NCBI GenBank assembly: GCA_963667795.1
Contig: OY764017.1
Span: 790,207 to 854,206 of the forward strand
Length of the DNA: 64,000 nt
Direction: 5' to 3'
Origin: Christensenellaceae bacterium
GTDB taxonomy: Bacteria > Bacillota > Clostridia > Christensenellales > CAG-138
Both the position numbers and the translations under genes were made by a program. This document shows, piece after piece, positions 1-10,000 of the stretch. The notes beneath the pieces were generated by a model that ran no database searches, had not been told where the DNA came from, and saw only the letters and a list, made by a program, of their open reading frames with translations. How positions within the stretch are numbered: the stretch's first letter is position 1; each line of letters begins with the position of its first letter.

Positions 1-1455
1 GAGTTCATGGCTCATGTTGGAAAGGAACGTGGTTTTTAACCGGCTCGCTTCCGCAAGTTGATTGCTCTGTACGTCCAGCTCCGCGTTTTGCTGCATTAGT
101 TCGTCTGCTTGTGTCATCAGCTCATTCTTATGTGCATCAAGTTCCTTGTTTTGCTGTTCCAGCGTTGCAAGCATGTCTTTTATCGTTTGGAACGCAAGGA
201 TACCCACTATTCGCGTGCTCATCGTTGCAAGTACGGTTTCAATAAGACGCATCGAATGTTCGTAGAACCGATTGACACTTGTCAGCGAAAGCACAGCAAT
301 GACCTCGCCGTCGGAAACGATTGGAATCGTAATAATCTCTCGCGGGATTAATTCGCCGCTGGAAACAATGAAGCGAAAGCGAGTATCTTCCGGTATTTCC
401 CGAATATACTGAACCTTGTGCGTAAACAGTGCCATGCCGAATTCGCCTTCTAGTGTGTGCGCATCAAACGATGCTCTCGCCTTCTCGTCCAGACCAATCG
501 AGTCAAAATAAACAAACGATTTTTTATCGTCGCTCAGTAAGTAAACCGCGGCGGTGTTTGCGCCGAGGTGTTCTGCCATTTCCTCTAGTGTGGAACGGAA
601 GAATGCCTTTGCATCCTCCTGTCGCAGCATCGTTTCAGTGAGTGACGACGATTTTCCCTTTACTTCAAGATTCCTCTGAATTGCGTCCGCCATGGTATTA
701 AATGAAACGGACAATTCGCCGAACTCATTACCTTTTGCATAATGACATCTGGCGGTCAATTCTCCTTCTCGAAAACGCCCAACTTCTCTGGTGATTTCAG
801 CAAGCGGTCTTCGAATTGACTGTATCAGATAAACGCTCGCTCCGGCCGACAGGAGCAGTATTGCACCAACAAGTACAATGCGGCCTACTGTCAACGATTG
901 ATAATAGTCGACGAACGCCGCGTTCAGTTCATCTGCCTTGTTTCTGGCAAAGTCGTCCATTACTTTGATGTTGGACGTTAAAATGATTCTGTAACTGCCG
1001 ACGTCTCCCTGATCGCCAAGGCTAGCAATAGCCCCCTCCACGTTCCCTGCTTTTGCTGATTCAATCCGGTTCTCCGTTGCTACTTTCCAGTCGATAAAGG
1101 AATCGAAAGCCCTGTCCAGATCCATTACAGAACCAAGGTATAATTCATAGAGTATATCAAATTGCTTTTCTATATCGCTGAACGAAGATTCGATCATCTG
1201 CAAGGCGGCCTGCTGTTTGCTTTCGTCTTCGAACAGAAGAAAATTTCGCACGCCTACGCGCGATTCCAGAATGTCGATTTGAATTTCATCAATCGCTTCC
1301 CTTACCTGGATCGGGTGTTCATACATCGTTTTTTCTTTCTGGTAAAGTTGACTTGTCTGTATGGACGAAACCACACCCAACACAATGACAAATGCCAGCA
1401 CCAGCGAAAAGCCGATCAGCAATTGCGCGCTTATTGTCATACTTCTCTTCTTCAC
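1..1455 (-). CDS. Sensor histidine kinase (TM-4HB sensor-TM-HAMP-GAF-coiled coil-HisKA), N-terminal part only; runs off the window edge
   Basis: Not in the ORF track because no stop lies in the window. My translation from GTG 1455 (SD GGGGGA) is open to base 1. It shows TM1 LLIGFSLVLAFVIVLGVVS, TM2 RIVLVGAILLLSAGASVYLI, HAMP RRPLAEIT..GELTARC...NEFGELSVSFNTMAD, GAF-like AAVYLL...EGEFG...ITIPIV, and ends in the H-box ASRLKTTFLSNMSHEL. Confidence 0.92.
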   Translation of the reverse strand, partial: MKKRSMTISAQLLIGFSLVLAFVIVLGVVSSIQTSQLYQKEKTMYEHPIQVREAIDEIQIDILESRVGVRNFLLFEDESKQQAALQMIESSFSDIEKQFDILYELYLGSVMDLDRAFDSFIDWKVATENRIESAKAGNVEGAIASLGDQGDVGSYRIILTSNIKVMDDFARNKADELNAAFVDYYQSLTVGRIVLVGAILLLSAGASVYLIQSIRRPLAEITREVGRFREGELTARCHYAKGNEFGELSVSFNTMADAIQRNLEVKGKSSSLTETMLRQEDAKAFFRSTLEEMAEHLGANTAAVYLLSDDKKSFVYFDSIGLDEKARASFDAHTLEGEFGMALFTHKVQYIREIPEDTRFRFIVSSGELIPREIITIPIVSDGEVIAVLSLTSVNRFYEHSMRLIETVLATMSTRIVGILAFQTIKDMLATLEQQNKELDAHKNELMTQADELMQQNAELDVQSNQLAEASRLKTTFLSNMSHEL

Positions 1456-1512
1456 GATGATTCCCCCCAACGCTTATAGAACGGTTGTGAGCCCTTTGCC
1501 AGCGAAAGCTTC

Positions 1513-2370
1513 TTAAGTTGTAAAGCTTTTCCTGGTGGTTTGCGAATAGCCGGGCATGTGGAAGATGGCGACGGGAGCGGATATCGGCTGAAAGCCGCTG
1601 TTGCTTTTCACAAAAGCGCGTTCCGCTTCCCCTACGGCTAAAAAGCCTGTTTTTGATATAGCTTGTTCGATTTTTTTGAGTATGAAAAGACGCGTTTCTT
1701 TTTTATAGTACATCATCAGATTGCTGCAGCATACGATATCAAAGCACCCGAAGATGCTTTCTGGCGGGCTTGCAGATGTGGCGTCCAGCAGGTCGTAATG
1801 TAAAAAAGCGATGTGTTGTTTCAGTTGAGGCGAAACGACATATTTTCCGTCGCTCTGGATGAAATAAGCTTGTATATATTTGAGCTGAACGTTCTTTACG
1901 TCGGACGCAGTGTAAACGCCTGCTCGCGCAGTCGCAAGCGCCGTGTCCGAAACATCGGTCGCAAAAATACGATACCGCAAGTCTTTGCCCGACGATTTTA
2001 GCTGCTCATCCAGCAGTATCGCCAGTGAATATGCCTCCTGTCCGCAGGAGCATCCCGCCGACCAGACGCGAATTTCACCGCCCATAGGGGCGCGGCGCAA
2101 TATATCCGGGATAATCCACTGTTCAAACAGCGCAAACCCCATCGGATCACGAAAAAAGCGACTGTATGTAATGTGCAGGGATCGAAAGAAATTTTCGGCT
2201 TCCTCCCGGTTCTCCTTTAAGCATTCACAATAGTCGGCAGAATTTTCTATGCCGATGGAACTACATCTTCTTGCGATTGAGTTGCGCAGGAAAACCTCAT
2301 CATAGACAATAAGATCAACAGAATAAGAACGCGCAATGTCGATAACAAGTTGCATTTGCTCCTTATCCAT
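1513..2370 (-). CDS. cheR: CheR-family protein-glutamate O-methyltransferase
   Basis: Motifs ITYSRFFRD, IRVWSAGCSCGQEAYSLAI, IFATDVS, HYDLL, FDIVCCSNLMMYY and GFLAVGEAE. Start placed at ATG 2370 (SD GGGGGA) rather than the track's 2415. Confidence 0.9.
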   Translation of the reverse strand: MDKEQMQLVIDIARSYSVDLIVYDEVFLRNSIARRCSSIGIENSADYCECLKENREEAENFFRSLHITYSRFFRDPMGFALFEQWIIPDILRRAPMGGEIRVWSAGCSCGQEAYSLAILLDEQLKSSGKDLRYRIFATDVSDTALATARAGVYTASDVKNVQLKYIQAYFIQSDGKYVVSPQLKQHIAFLHYDLLDATSASPPESIFGCFDIVCCSNLMMYYKKETRLFILKKIEQAISKTGFLAVGEAERAFVKSNSGFQPISAPVAIFHMPGYSQTTRKSFTT

Positions 2371-2637
2371 GATCTTTTCCCCCGCATCAGTTGGTCCCGG
2401 ATTAAAACGTTGCAATCGCTTGCGTCGTATATAAATTCATATTATCCTACATTTCACTTGTTTACAATATGAAATACGACAATTTGTTGTACATTTTGAA
2501 ATGTACGCGCATTATGCAAATTTCCTGATATTCCAATTAATTTATCCGACGATACGTCAATAATGATTGCCCCTTTTAACATTTGAGTACATTTGAATGT
2601 AGTAGCACGTCTCAGCAAACATCAAAATATCTACGAC

Positions 2638-2671
2638 AAAAAACAGGGTGCCGATTGAAACCCTGCTTTTT
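2638..2671 (-). terminator. Rho-independent terminator after the TPR gene
   Basis: Stem CAGGGT/ACCCTG (2644-2649, 2660-2665) followed by T6 on the minus strand. Confidence 0.7.
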
Positions 2672-2705
2672 GTATATTGACATCATTTATTTGACGCATG
2701 TTTTT

Positions 2706-3956
2706 CTAGAGCAAATCCAACATTGCCTTCGCCGAATCGTAGAGCTCCCCTTCGCTCTCCAGCTGTATGACCATTTCAAAATCACTCTTCGCCTGGGCAT
2801 AATCTTTTTGATCTGCCGCACAGACGCCACGGTTAAAATAGCTATTGGAAAGCAAAGACTCGACATTACGATCGATTGCAACGGTAAAGTCTGCAATCGC
2901 CTGCTCCATATTGCCGGTTACCATATTGCAAACGCCACGGTAATAATACACGTCGTCCATTGTAACGCCAAGGTCGACGGCACTGTTCAGCAGCTCCATC
3001 GCTTCGCTGTAATCACCAAGATTGATCTGTGACAGCCCCATATAATAATATAGCGTCTCATACGAAAAATTTTCCGATCCGATAGACACCGCCTGCTCTC
3101 CATAGGTCACAACGCTTTCATGATCCTGTTTGAGATAACTTGCAAGTGCACATTGCGCATAACACGCACTCGGGTCGGCATACCCTGCATCCAAAGCGCT
3201 CAGATAGTCTGCAATCGACGCGTCGTAATCCCCGGCTATCATATAAACGGATGCGCGCTGCATGTGGATTGATCCATCCGGGTCACCGGCTTCCAGAATG
3301 GCGTCGTATTGGCCGATAGCGGCGTCATATTCGCCAAGGTTGAGATAAACGCCCGCCAATGTCAGGCGCGTATCAATGTCGTCCGGATACGCTTGCACAT
3401 ATGTTTCAAGCGATTGGGCGGACTTTTCAATGTCTCCTTGCGCATCGTATATCTGCGCCTGAATCAGCAGCTGCTCCGCTTCATAAGCACCGCCTGTGAT
3501 ATGGGTAAAACTGTCCAACGCTTCGTCATACCGCTCCGTCAGCGTCTCCAGGCAACCACGCTTGAGCCAAAGCTCGTTCGCAACATCCTCGCCTTCTTCG
3601 TCCAGCAGTGAAATGCAGGCACATATACATTCCAGGGCTTCCTCATATTGCGCGCGTCCAATCAGGATAGAAGCATTTTGATAATACTGTTCAAGCGTCT
3701 TCGGATTGCTGAAAAACTGTGCAATCACTTCGCCCGCACGCGCAAATGCATCTTTGTTCACATATGCTGTCGTTTCATCCAGTGTACTTTCGGAAGCAGA
3801 CGCATTCTCCGTACGAAGTTTGATCCGTACCGCGTTTGCCAAAAAACCAGAAGATACCATAGCAATCGCGAGCAATGCAGCAATCAAGCGCATCCACCAC
3901 GTCCTTGCCCAACCGTTCCGTTTGTCTATACTATTTGTTTTTACGCTTTTTTCCAT
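2706..3956 (-). CDS. Membrane-anchored tetratricopeptide-repeat protein (about 10 TPRs)
   Basis: N-terminal hydrophobic helix WWMRLIAALLAIAMVSSGFLA, then repeated TPR consensus (e.g. YYYRGVCNMVTGNMEQAIADFTVAI, SYFNRGVCAADQKDYAQAKSDFEMVI). Start taken as ATG 3956. Confidence 0.85.
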   Translation of the reverse strand: MEKSVKTNSIDKRNGWARTWWMRLIAALLAIAMVSSGFLANAVRIKLRTENASASESTLDETTAYVNKDAFARAGEVIAQFFSNPKTLEQYYQNASILIGRAQYEEALECICACISLLDEEGEDVANELWLKRGCLETLTERYDEALDSFTHITGGAYEAEQLLIQAQIYDAQGDIEKSAQSLETYVQAYPDDIDTRLTLAGVYLNLGEYDAAIGQYDAILEAGDPDGSIHMQRASVYMIAGDYDASIADYLSALDAGYADPSACYAQCALASYLKQDHESVVTYGEQAVSIGSENFSYETLYYYMGLSQINLGDYSEAMELLNSAVDLGVTMDDVYYYRGVCNMVTGNMEQAIADFTVAIDRNVESLLSNSYFNRGVCAADQKDYAQAKSDFEMVIQLESEGELYDSAKAMLDLL

Positions 3957-3963
3957 TGATAAA

Positions 3964-3993
3964 ACTATAGCACGCATATAAAGAATTGTGCAA
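3964..3993 (-). promoter_or_regulatory. sigmaA-type promoter for the TPR gene (probable leaderless mRNA)
   Basis: TTGCAC (3988-3993)-N18-TATAGT (3964-3969) with TGn extension. The ATG is 7 nt downstream and has no SD. Confidence 0.6.
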
Positions 3994-4005
3994 CGTCCCT
4001 CTTGT

Positions 4006-4036
4006 AAAATAACCGGCTTGTTACCAAACAAGCCAG
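4006..4036 (-). terminator. Rho-independent terminator after the giant gene
   Basis: CTGGCTTGTT-TGGT-AACAAGCCGG (10-bp stem with one G-U) followed by TTATTTT. Confidence 0.7.
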
Positions 4037-4084
4037 TATTTTTTAGATCGTTTGTAAACGCCTAAACATTGCCAGCGGCATTGC

Positions 4085-7000
4085 TTATGCCGCGCTGCTT
4101 TGCACACCGTGGTAATTGTAGTGAGCACCACACATTGCACTATCGCTTTTTGCAACATCATTGCCCGTTTGCAGAATGGATTCATCCATCCCACGCGAAA
4201 CGAATTCCGCAGGATCGGCAAACAGCTCTGCAAGTGCGTTTATAATTTCTACAAATTCCAATTCACCGCTGCGTAGCGCCTCGGCTGCCGCAAGCAATGC
4301 ATCGGCATCCTCCATTTCTGCATTGAGCCGCTCAGTTACCGCCGGATAGAGAGCTTCCCAGCGCTCTGTAAAGCTATCCGCAACGGCTTTCATCTGTTCA
4401 ACCGTCGTCGAGTCATAGACCGTCTTCAGATCTTCTATCATTGCGGCCCAATCTCCGTCGTCGATGTCACCGCGCATCGCAGCAATCCAGAACAACGAAG
4501 CTGTCATCATCTGCATATTCGGGAACATCTCAACGATTGCTTCTGTGAATTCCGCCGACACTTCGCTTAACCCGTCGATAAATGCCATTTCGATCGAATA
4601 CAATCCGGCTTCCTGTACACCGTTTGCAATTTCACTCAGTACCGCCATATTGCCGATTTCAGCAATATAGATGCTGCGGATCTGAAGTTCACCGCTCGCC
4701 GTCACGCTAAAGAGAATGTACAGCATGAGCGGCAACGCCTGGTCGCTATCTCCCGAAAGCATCATGCCGACGAGGAATGTTGCAGCAGTAGTCCGGACAC
4801 TGTAACTCACGGCATCCGTATACAGGTGGTTGATGACATAGATCCCGCCGTAATGCATCACCAACGTGAGACCATTCGACACCCAAACCTTCAGCGGAGC
4901 ATCCGGTTGACCAATGCTGCCGAATGCATCGATCGTTAGGTTAGATGCGTGGATATTGCCGCCACCCAAATTTCCGCCAACATCAAGCACGATGTTGCCG
5001 CCGGTCAGATTGATCGAATCTGCGTGGCCGATATACGTGATATTGATATTTGCGCCCGATGCGGTCAGCTCCGGTGTGTTCATGATAACCGGCGCAGATT
5101 CCATGCCGATGTCACCATTTGCCGTTAATTTCACAAACGGGCTCTGAACATATCCGCCTGAAAGTTGTTGGATCGAGCCGCCTGCCGAGAGGAGCACTCC
5201 CGTGCCATAAGCAGTAATCGTACCAATCTTTAACGCGCCAATATTCCTGATGTAAATTTCATCGGCAAAAGCACTCAGTATACCGACGCTAACAACGGCC
5301 TCGCTGCCATGAATGCTGCCGTCGATCGCCTGAAGCGTGGCTTCGTCCGCCACGATCATGATCCCGCCCTCTGGCGCCGTATCCAAAATGTCGCCATATG
5401 CCGTGATACGAACTGTTCCAGCCGTCATACCGCCGATGTTCATCGTCTGTGAACTCGCCAGTGCAATCGTTCCGCTTTCGCCTGCCTGGACCGTTATAAT
5501 TCCGTTAACCGCGATTGTAATCTGCTTTAGCAGCGTGCCAACGTCACCGCCAGCCGTAATCGTCAAATCGCCGCCAGTGCGAATCGTCGTTCTTTCTGCA
5601 CCGGTTTCTGCATCCGCGGCATAATCCGCACCAAAGTTATCCAATGTAACGCTCGGCTGCGCCGCAAGTTTTGCTGCTAGGTCCAATTCGGCGGCGTCGA
5701 GTTCAGCCTGCGCTGCATCGATTTCATCCTGCGCTTCCGAAAGCGACGGCAGCAACGCCAGTTGTTCATCAATCGTCGTCAGCGCAGCCTGTTTTTCATC
5801 ACGTGCTTGCTGTGCATCCAGGTATTCGTTCAGCGCTGCAATCACTTCGGAGTCCGCATCCGATCCGGCGACGAGCCGTACGTCTACCCATGCTTGATAC
5901 GCAATGTCCATCGAGAGTTGTGCCGCGGCAAGTGCATTTGCGGCAATGTCACGTTCGTCCATCAGCGTGGAGATCGTGCCATAGGTTGTGTTTGCGTCGC
6001 TCAAGCGTTTTTCTGCATGGTCGACTTCAGTCTGCGCATCGTTTGTTGTTTCATGCGCTTTTAGCGTATCTTTCGCCGTGTCGAGTGCAGTTTGTGCGGC
6101 CGTTTCCGCGTCGATAACCTCCGAATATGTAGCGTAGCCGTTTTCTGACAACAGCGTTGCAAGCGCAGTTTCTGCTTCGTTCTTTGTTTGCTCCGCGTTT
6201 TCAAGTGCCGCTTCGGCTTCGGCTTTTGTCATGCCGGACGCATCAATCACCGTCTGCGCAGCAAGTTTCTCAGCTTCAGTCGCAGTCGGCGATGCAAGCA
6301 CCGCGTAAGCATCCAGAACGGCCTGCGCCGCGTCGGCGTCCAGTTGTGCCTGCTGGATTGTGTCATTGTGCTCTCTTGCGGGCACGGACGTCTGACGCAC
6401 TTGCCAATAATCATCCAATGCGTTCAACGCGTCCTTAGCCGCTTGCAGCGTCTTTTGTGCCTGAGTCAAAGCAACAAGATTGTCGGCGGACGGATCTGCT
6501 TCATAGGCCGCCTGTGCCGTGGTCAGCGTCTGTTGTGCCTTGAGGAGCGCATCCGCAATATCGAGCGCTTCGTAGTCCAGCGTTGTGTCTTCATATTTTT
6601 CAATCAAGCTGCTTGCTTCGCTGTATGCAAGATTTGCCTGATCCAATTTATCCTGTGCTGCCAGCTTATCCGCCGCGGACGCTGTTCCATCCGCCAGCAC
6701 TTCACTGGCTTCGTTGATCGCAGTTTGCACGCTCAGCAGATAGCGTGTCGCTTCCAGCGTGCCCTGCGTACGTCGCAGCGCCAGCGCCGCCGCTTCCTGT
6801 TCCGCCGCCGTTGACGCCGGATCGGCCATCACTGTGTCGTAACTTGCCTGCGCTTCGTCAAAGGCGATTGCCGCATCATTTACGGAAATCTGAAGGCTCA
6901 GCAGCGCTTTCTGTCTCGCAAGCCGTGCTTCGGCAACCGCTAACAGCGCCTGCTTCTCAGCCAGCTGCTCCGCAGCAAGCAATGCGTTTGCAACATCGAT

Positions 7001-10000
7001 CAGCGCCTGTGTAGCGTCAACCTGTGCCTCGGCCTCGGCCAGCTTCTCGCTTGCCGCGTCAAAAGTTGCACGTGCAGTCGCCGCATTTTGCTGTGCGCTT
7101 AACAGCAATGTCTGTGCGGCCGCAATCTGTTCCGCGGTCGCGGAAGGATCAGCCACCAACAAGTCGTAAGCCGCCTGTACTGTCGCAAGTTCGCCCTGTG
7201 CAATGAGCAATGCGCTGTTAGCCAGGTCATATGCAGTCTGAGCCGTATCTCTGCCAATAATCTGCTCTGCAATCTCAATTGCCTTTTTCGCCAGATATTG
7301 TGTCAACACGTCGACGCGCGCCTGCGCCGCGTCCACATCATTATGAAGTGCGTCGACCTCCAGCTGTGTTTCAACAACCTGCTGAATGATCTGCCCAAGT
7401 TCGCTTTCCGTATTCGCGTCGTAGATACTTCCCTCCACGCACAGTACAACGTTGCCCGATGCATAGAGTTTTTCGAGGTAGACATCGCCGGATAATTCGT
7501 CGACATAAACGTTTCCACCGGACAGTGCGAGTGTGCCCGCACCGGCCCGATTGGCATCGATGATGAACGGTACGTCCTTTGTGCCGATATCGCCCGCTGC
7601 GTCAATCGATATACCGTAATTCGCGTATACATAACCTGTCAACACCATATCGTTGCTGCTTACGAAGTTGACATACCCTGTAGCAACCAGTGCAACTTCG
7701 TTCGTTCCACTGCTCAGGTTCAAGGTTAAATTGCCGAATGCATTGATACGTGCTGCGCCCGCGCTGGTCGTTGTGACCGTTCCACCGGAGCTCAGCAGGA
7801 TTGGCTCGTTATAGGATGCGCCGATTGTTCCGCCTGTCGCCAACAGATTCACGTCTGTTCCTGCAACGATATTCAGATCGTCATCCAGTCGCTGCTGTTC
7901 GGTGCGATTGTCAACGATGGAACCCGGTGCACTCAGCGAAACGTTCCCATCCGCGTTGACCGATCCGAGACCCAAATCGCCGGACTGTTCTTCGATGTAT
8001 ACGCTGCCGTTTTGCGCGTTTGCATTCAGCAAAGTGCTCGCTCCCGTATAGGTAACGCGGAGCCAGTCGTAACGCACCGCAACGTCGAGCGCCCAGCCGG
8101 TTACGGGATTACCCTCTTCATCCAGCATGGGTGAACCGTCGGGATTGAGCAGCTCAATCTGCACAAGCACATAGACCGGAACGTCGTCCGCAACGGAACC
8201 TGAACCAAATGCTACGATCACGGGAGGCGCAGACGTGCCCGAACCCGCCGGATCAAAGCGTACGCCGAAGTCGGTGTTGAACGCGGTCTTGTCGCGCGAC
8301 GTTTGATCAGCCGTATATAGCTCTTCATCCACATTCACGAGTCGAATCGGATAGTTGGTCTGCTGATTAATATGGATCGGCAGCGTCTGAGTTCCAACGT
8401 CGTTATATGCATTCAGCGTGATATCCCAGCCGGTGACCAGATTGTCGCTGGAGCTTGCAAGAATGCTTCCTGCAAGCGCATTGATGTTGACATTTCCACG
8501 AGCCGAATAGATTTCACCGACCGTGAAGTTGCCAAGTTGCTGCTCAATCGTAATATCTCCATGGTTTGTGAGATTCGCCACACCCGTGCTGCGTCCGATG
8601 CTCAGGTTAAACGCACGCACAGGCGTATTCGTATAAGTATCTTCCGGCGTTGTGCTCGTCTCCAGCGCACGCTGGAAGAGGTCTGCAATATCGTCCGCAG
8701 TTAAAAGTTCGCTAAGCATGTCGCCAAGCGCACTCAGCAAGTCTTCGCCCAGCAGCGCCGACAGTACCGCAAGCGCGTCTTCGTCACCAACGACGTATTG
8801 CAGTACGCTCACGCCATCAATTTCAACCAGTTCCTGTTCGTTCAGCGCATCCAGAATTGCACTTAACAATTCTGCATCCGTCGTGATAGTCGGCGTCTCG
8901 CCGTCCATCGCATCGAACAGTGTTTCACCCAGTGTCTCACCAAACAATGCAGCAAGCGTTTCCGCATCCGCTTCGCCGGTGGCCGCCGCATGCACCGCCG
9001 TCCAAAGCGCTACAGCGTCGATCTCGCCGAAATACGCCCTGTCCACTGTACGTCCAGCAATCCACTGTGCAAGTTCTTGTGGCGTTTGTGCCGCAAGGAG
9101 AACTTCAAAGAATTGTTCATCGCTGTATTGCAGGTATACGCCGTTCCAATACACGCGGGTTTCATCGGTGCCATCCCAGCCGCCAAAGATCGCGTAAAAC
9201 GGATTCGTGGCTTCAGGCAGATCGACTGCGCCGATGTAGAAACCGGAAACCTCGTCGATGTGTACAACGATTTCAGCCGGAATATCAATTAAAAGACGAT
9301 GATCGGCGGCGCCAATGTCGCCGTACTTCGCGCTCATTGTAAGCGATGCTTCTGCAGGCGTGTCGTCCTTGGAGAAGCTGATCAACGGATTATCCAGCGT
9401 GCCGTCCAGAAGCCCGATGTTTTGATAAGCCATCAGCGAAACGTTGCTCTTCTCTGCGTTAATGGTGTTGAAAAGAATGCTCTCATCCGTGCTCATCAAC
9501 GAGAGATTGCTGTTGTGCGTTTCGGCAAGTGCAATACGCGCCGTCTTGAATACGGAAGAACTCCATGTGCTGTTGGCCAGATAGAGCCCGCCGATACTCA
9601 GGCCGCCTGTCTTGCTGTAAAGCGTTACGTCGCTGTTTGTAAGCTCGCTTGCGCCAATTTCAATGTCGCCGTAGATATTTGCTATGTTTTCGCTGTCGGA
9701 CACTCCCCAGGAATCGGACGTAAATCCGCCGTTTGTGCTGGTCAGTTCAACAGTGCTGCCATTTGTGATTTCCGCTTCGGCGATTGCAATGCTGCCGTAT
9801 ACGACGATGGAAACATAGCTGTTGTCGACGATCCACTTATCCGATGCGAATCCGCCGTTGGAGCTTGTCAATTGAATCGTGCTTGCGTTGGTAGCGCTGA
9901 AATCGTCGATCGAAATATCATCATAAACATCCGCCGTCACATCGCTGTCTTCAACCGTCCAGGTTGCGGAAGTCAGCCCGCCGTTGGAACTGGTCAGCGT

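Noticed and set aside
4466-4474. RGD tripeptide in the C-terminal domain
   Set aside because: A single RGD in ~9,900 aa is expected by chance, and it sits in a predicted helix-turn of the transposase-like fold.
4085-4900. Intact or active IS256 element
   Set aside because: No terminal inverted repeats or target duplication were seen. There is no independent start, no N-terminal DNA-binding region, and CxxH and the third catalytic acid are lost.
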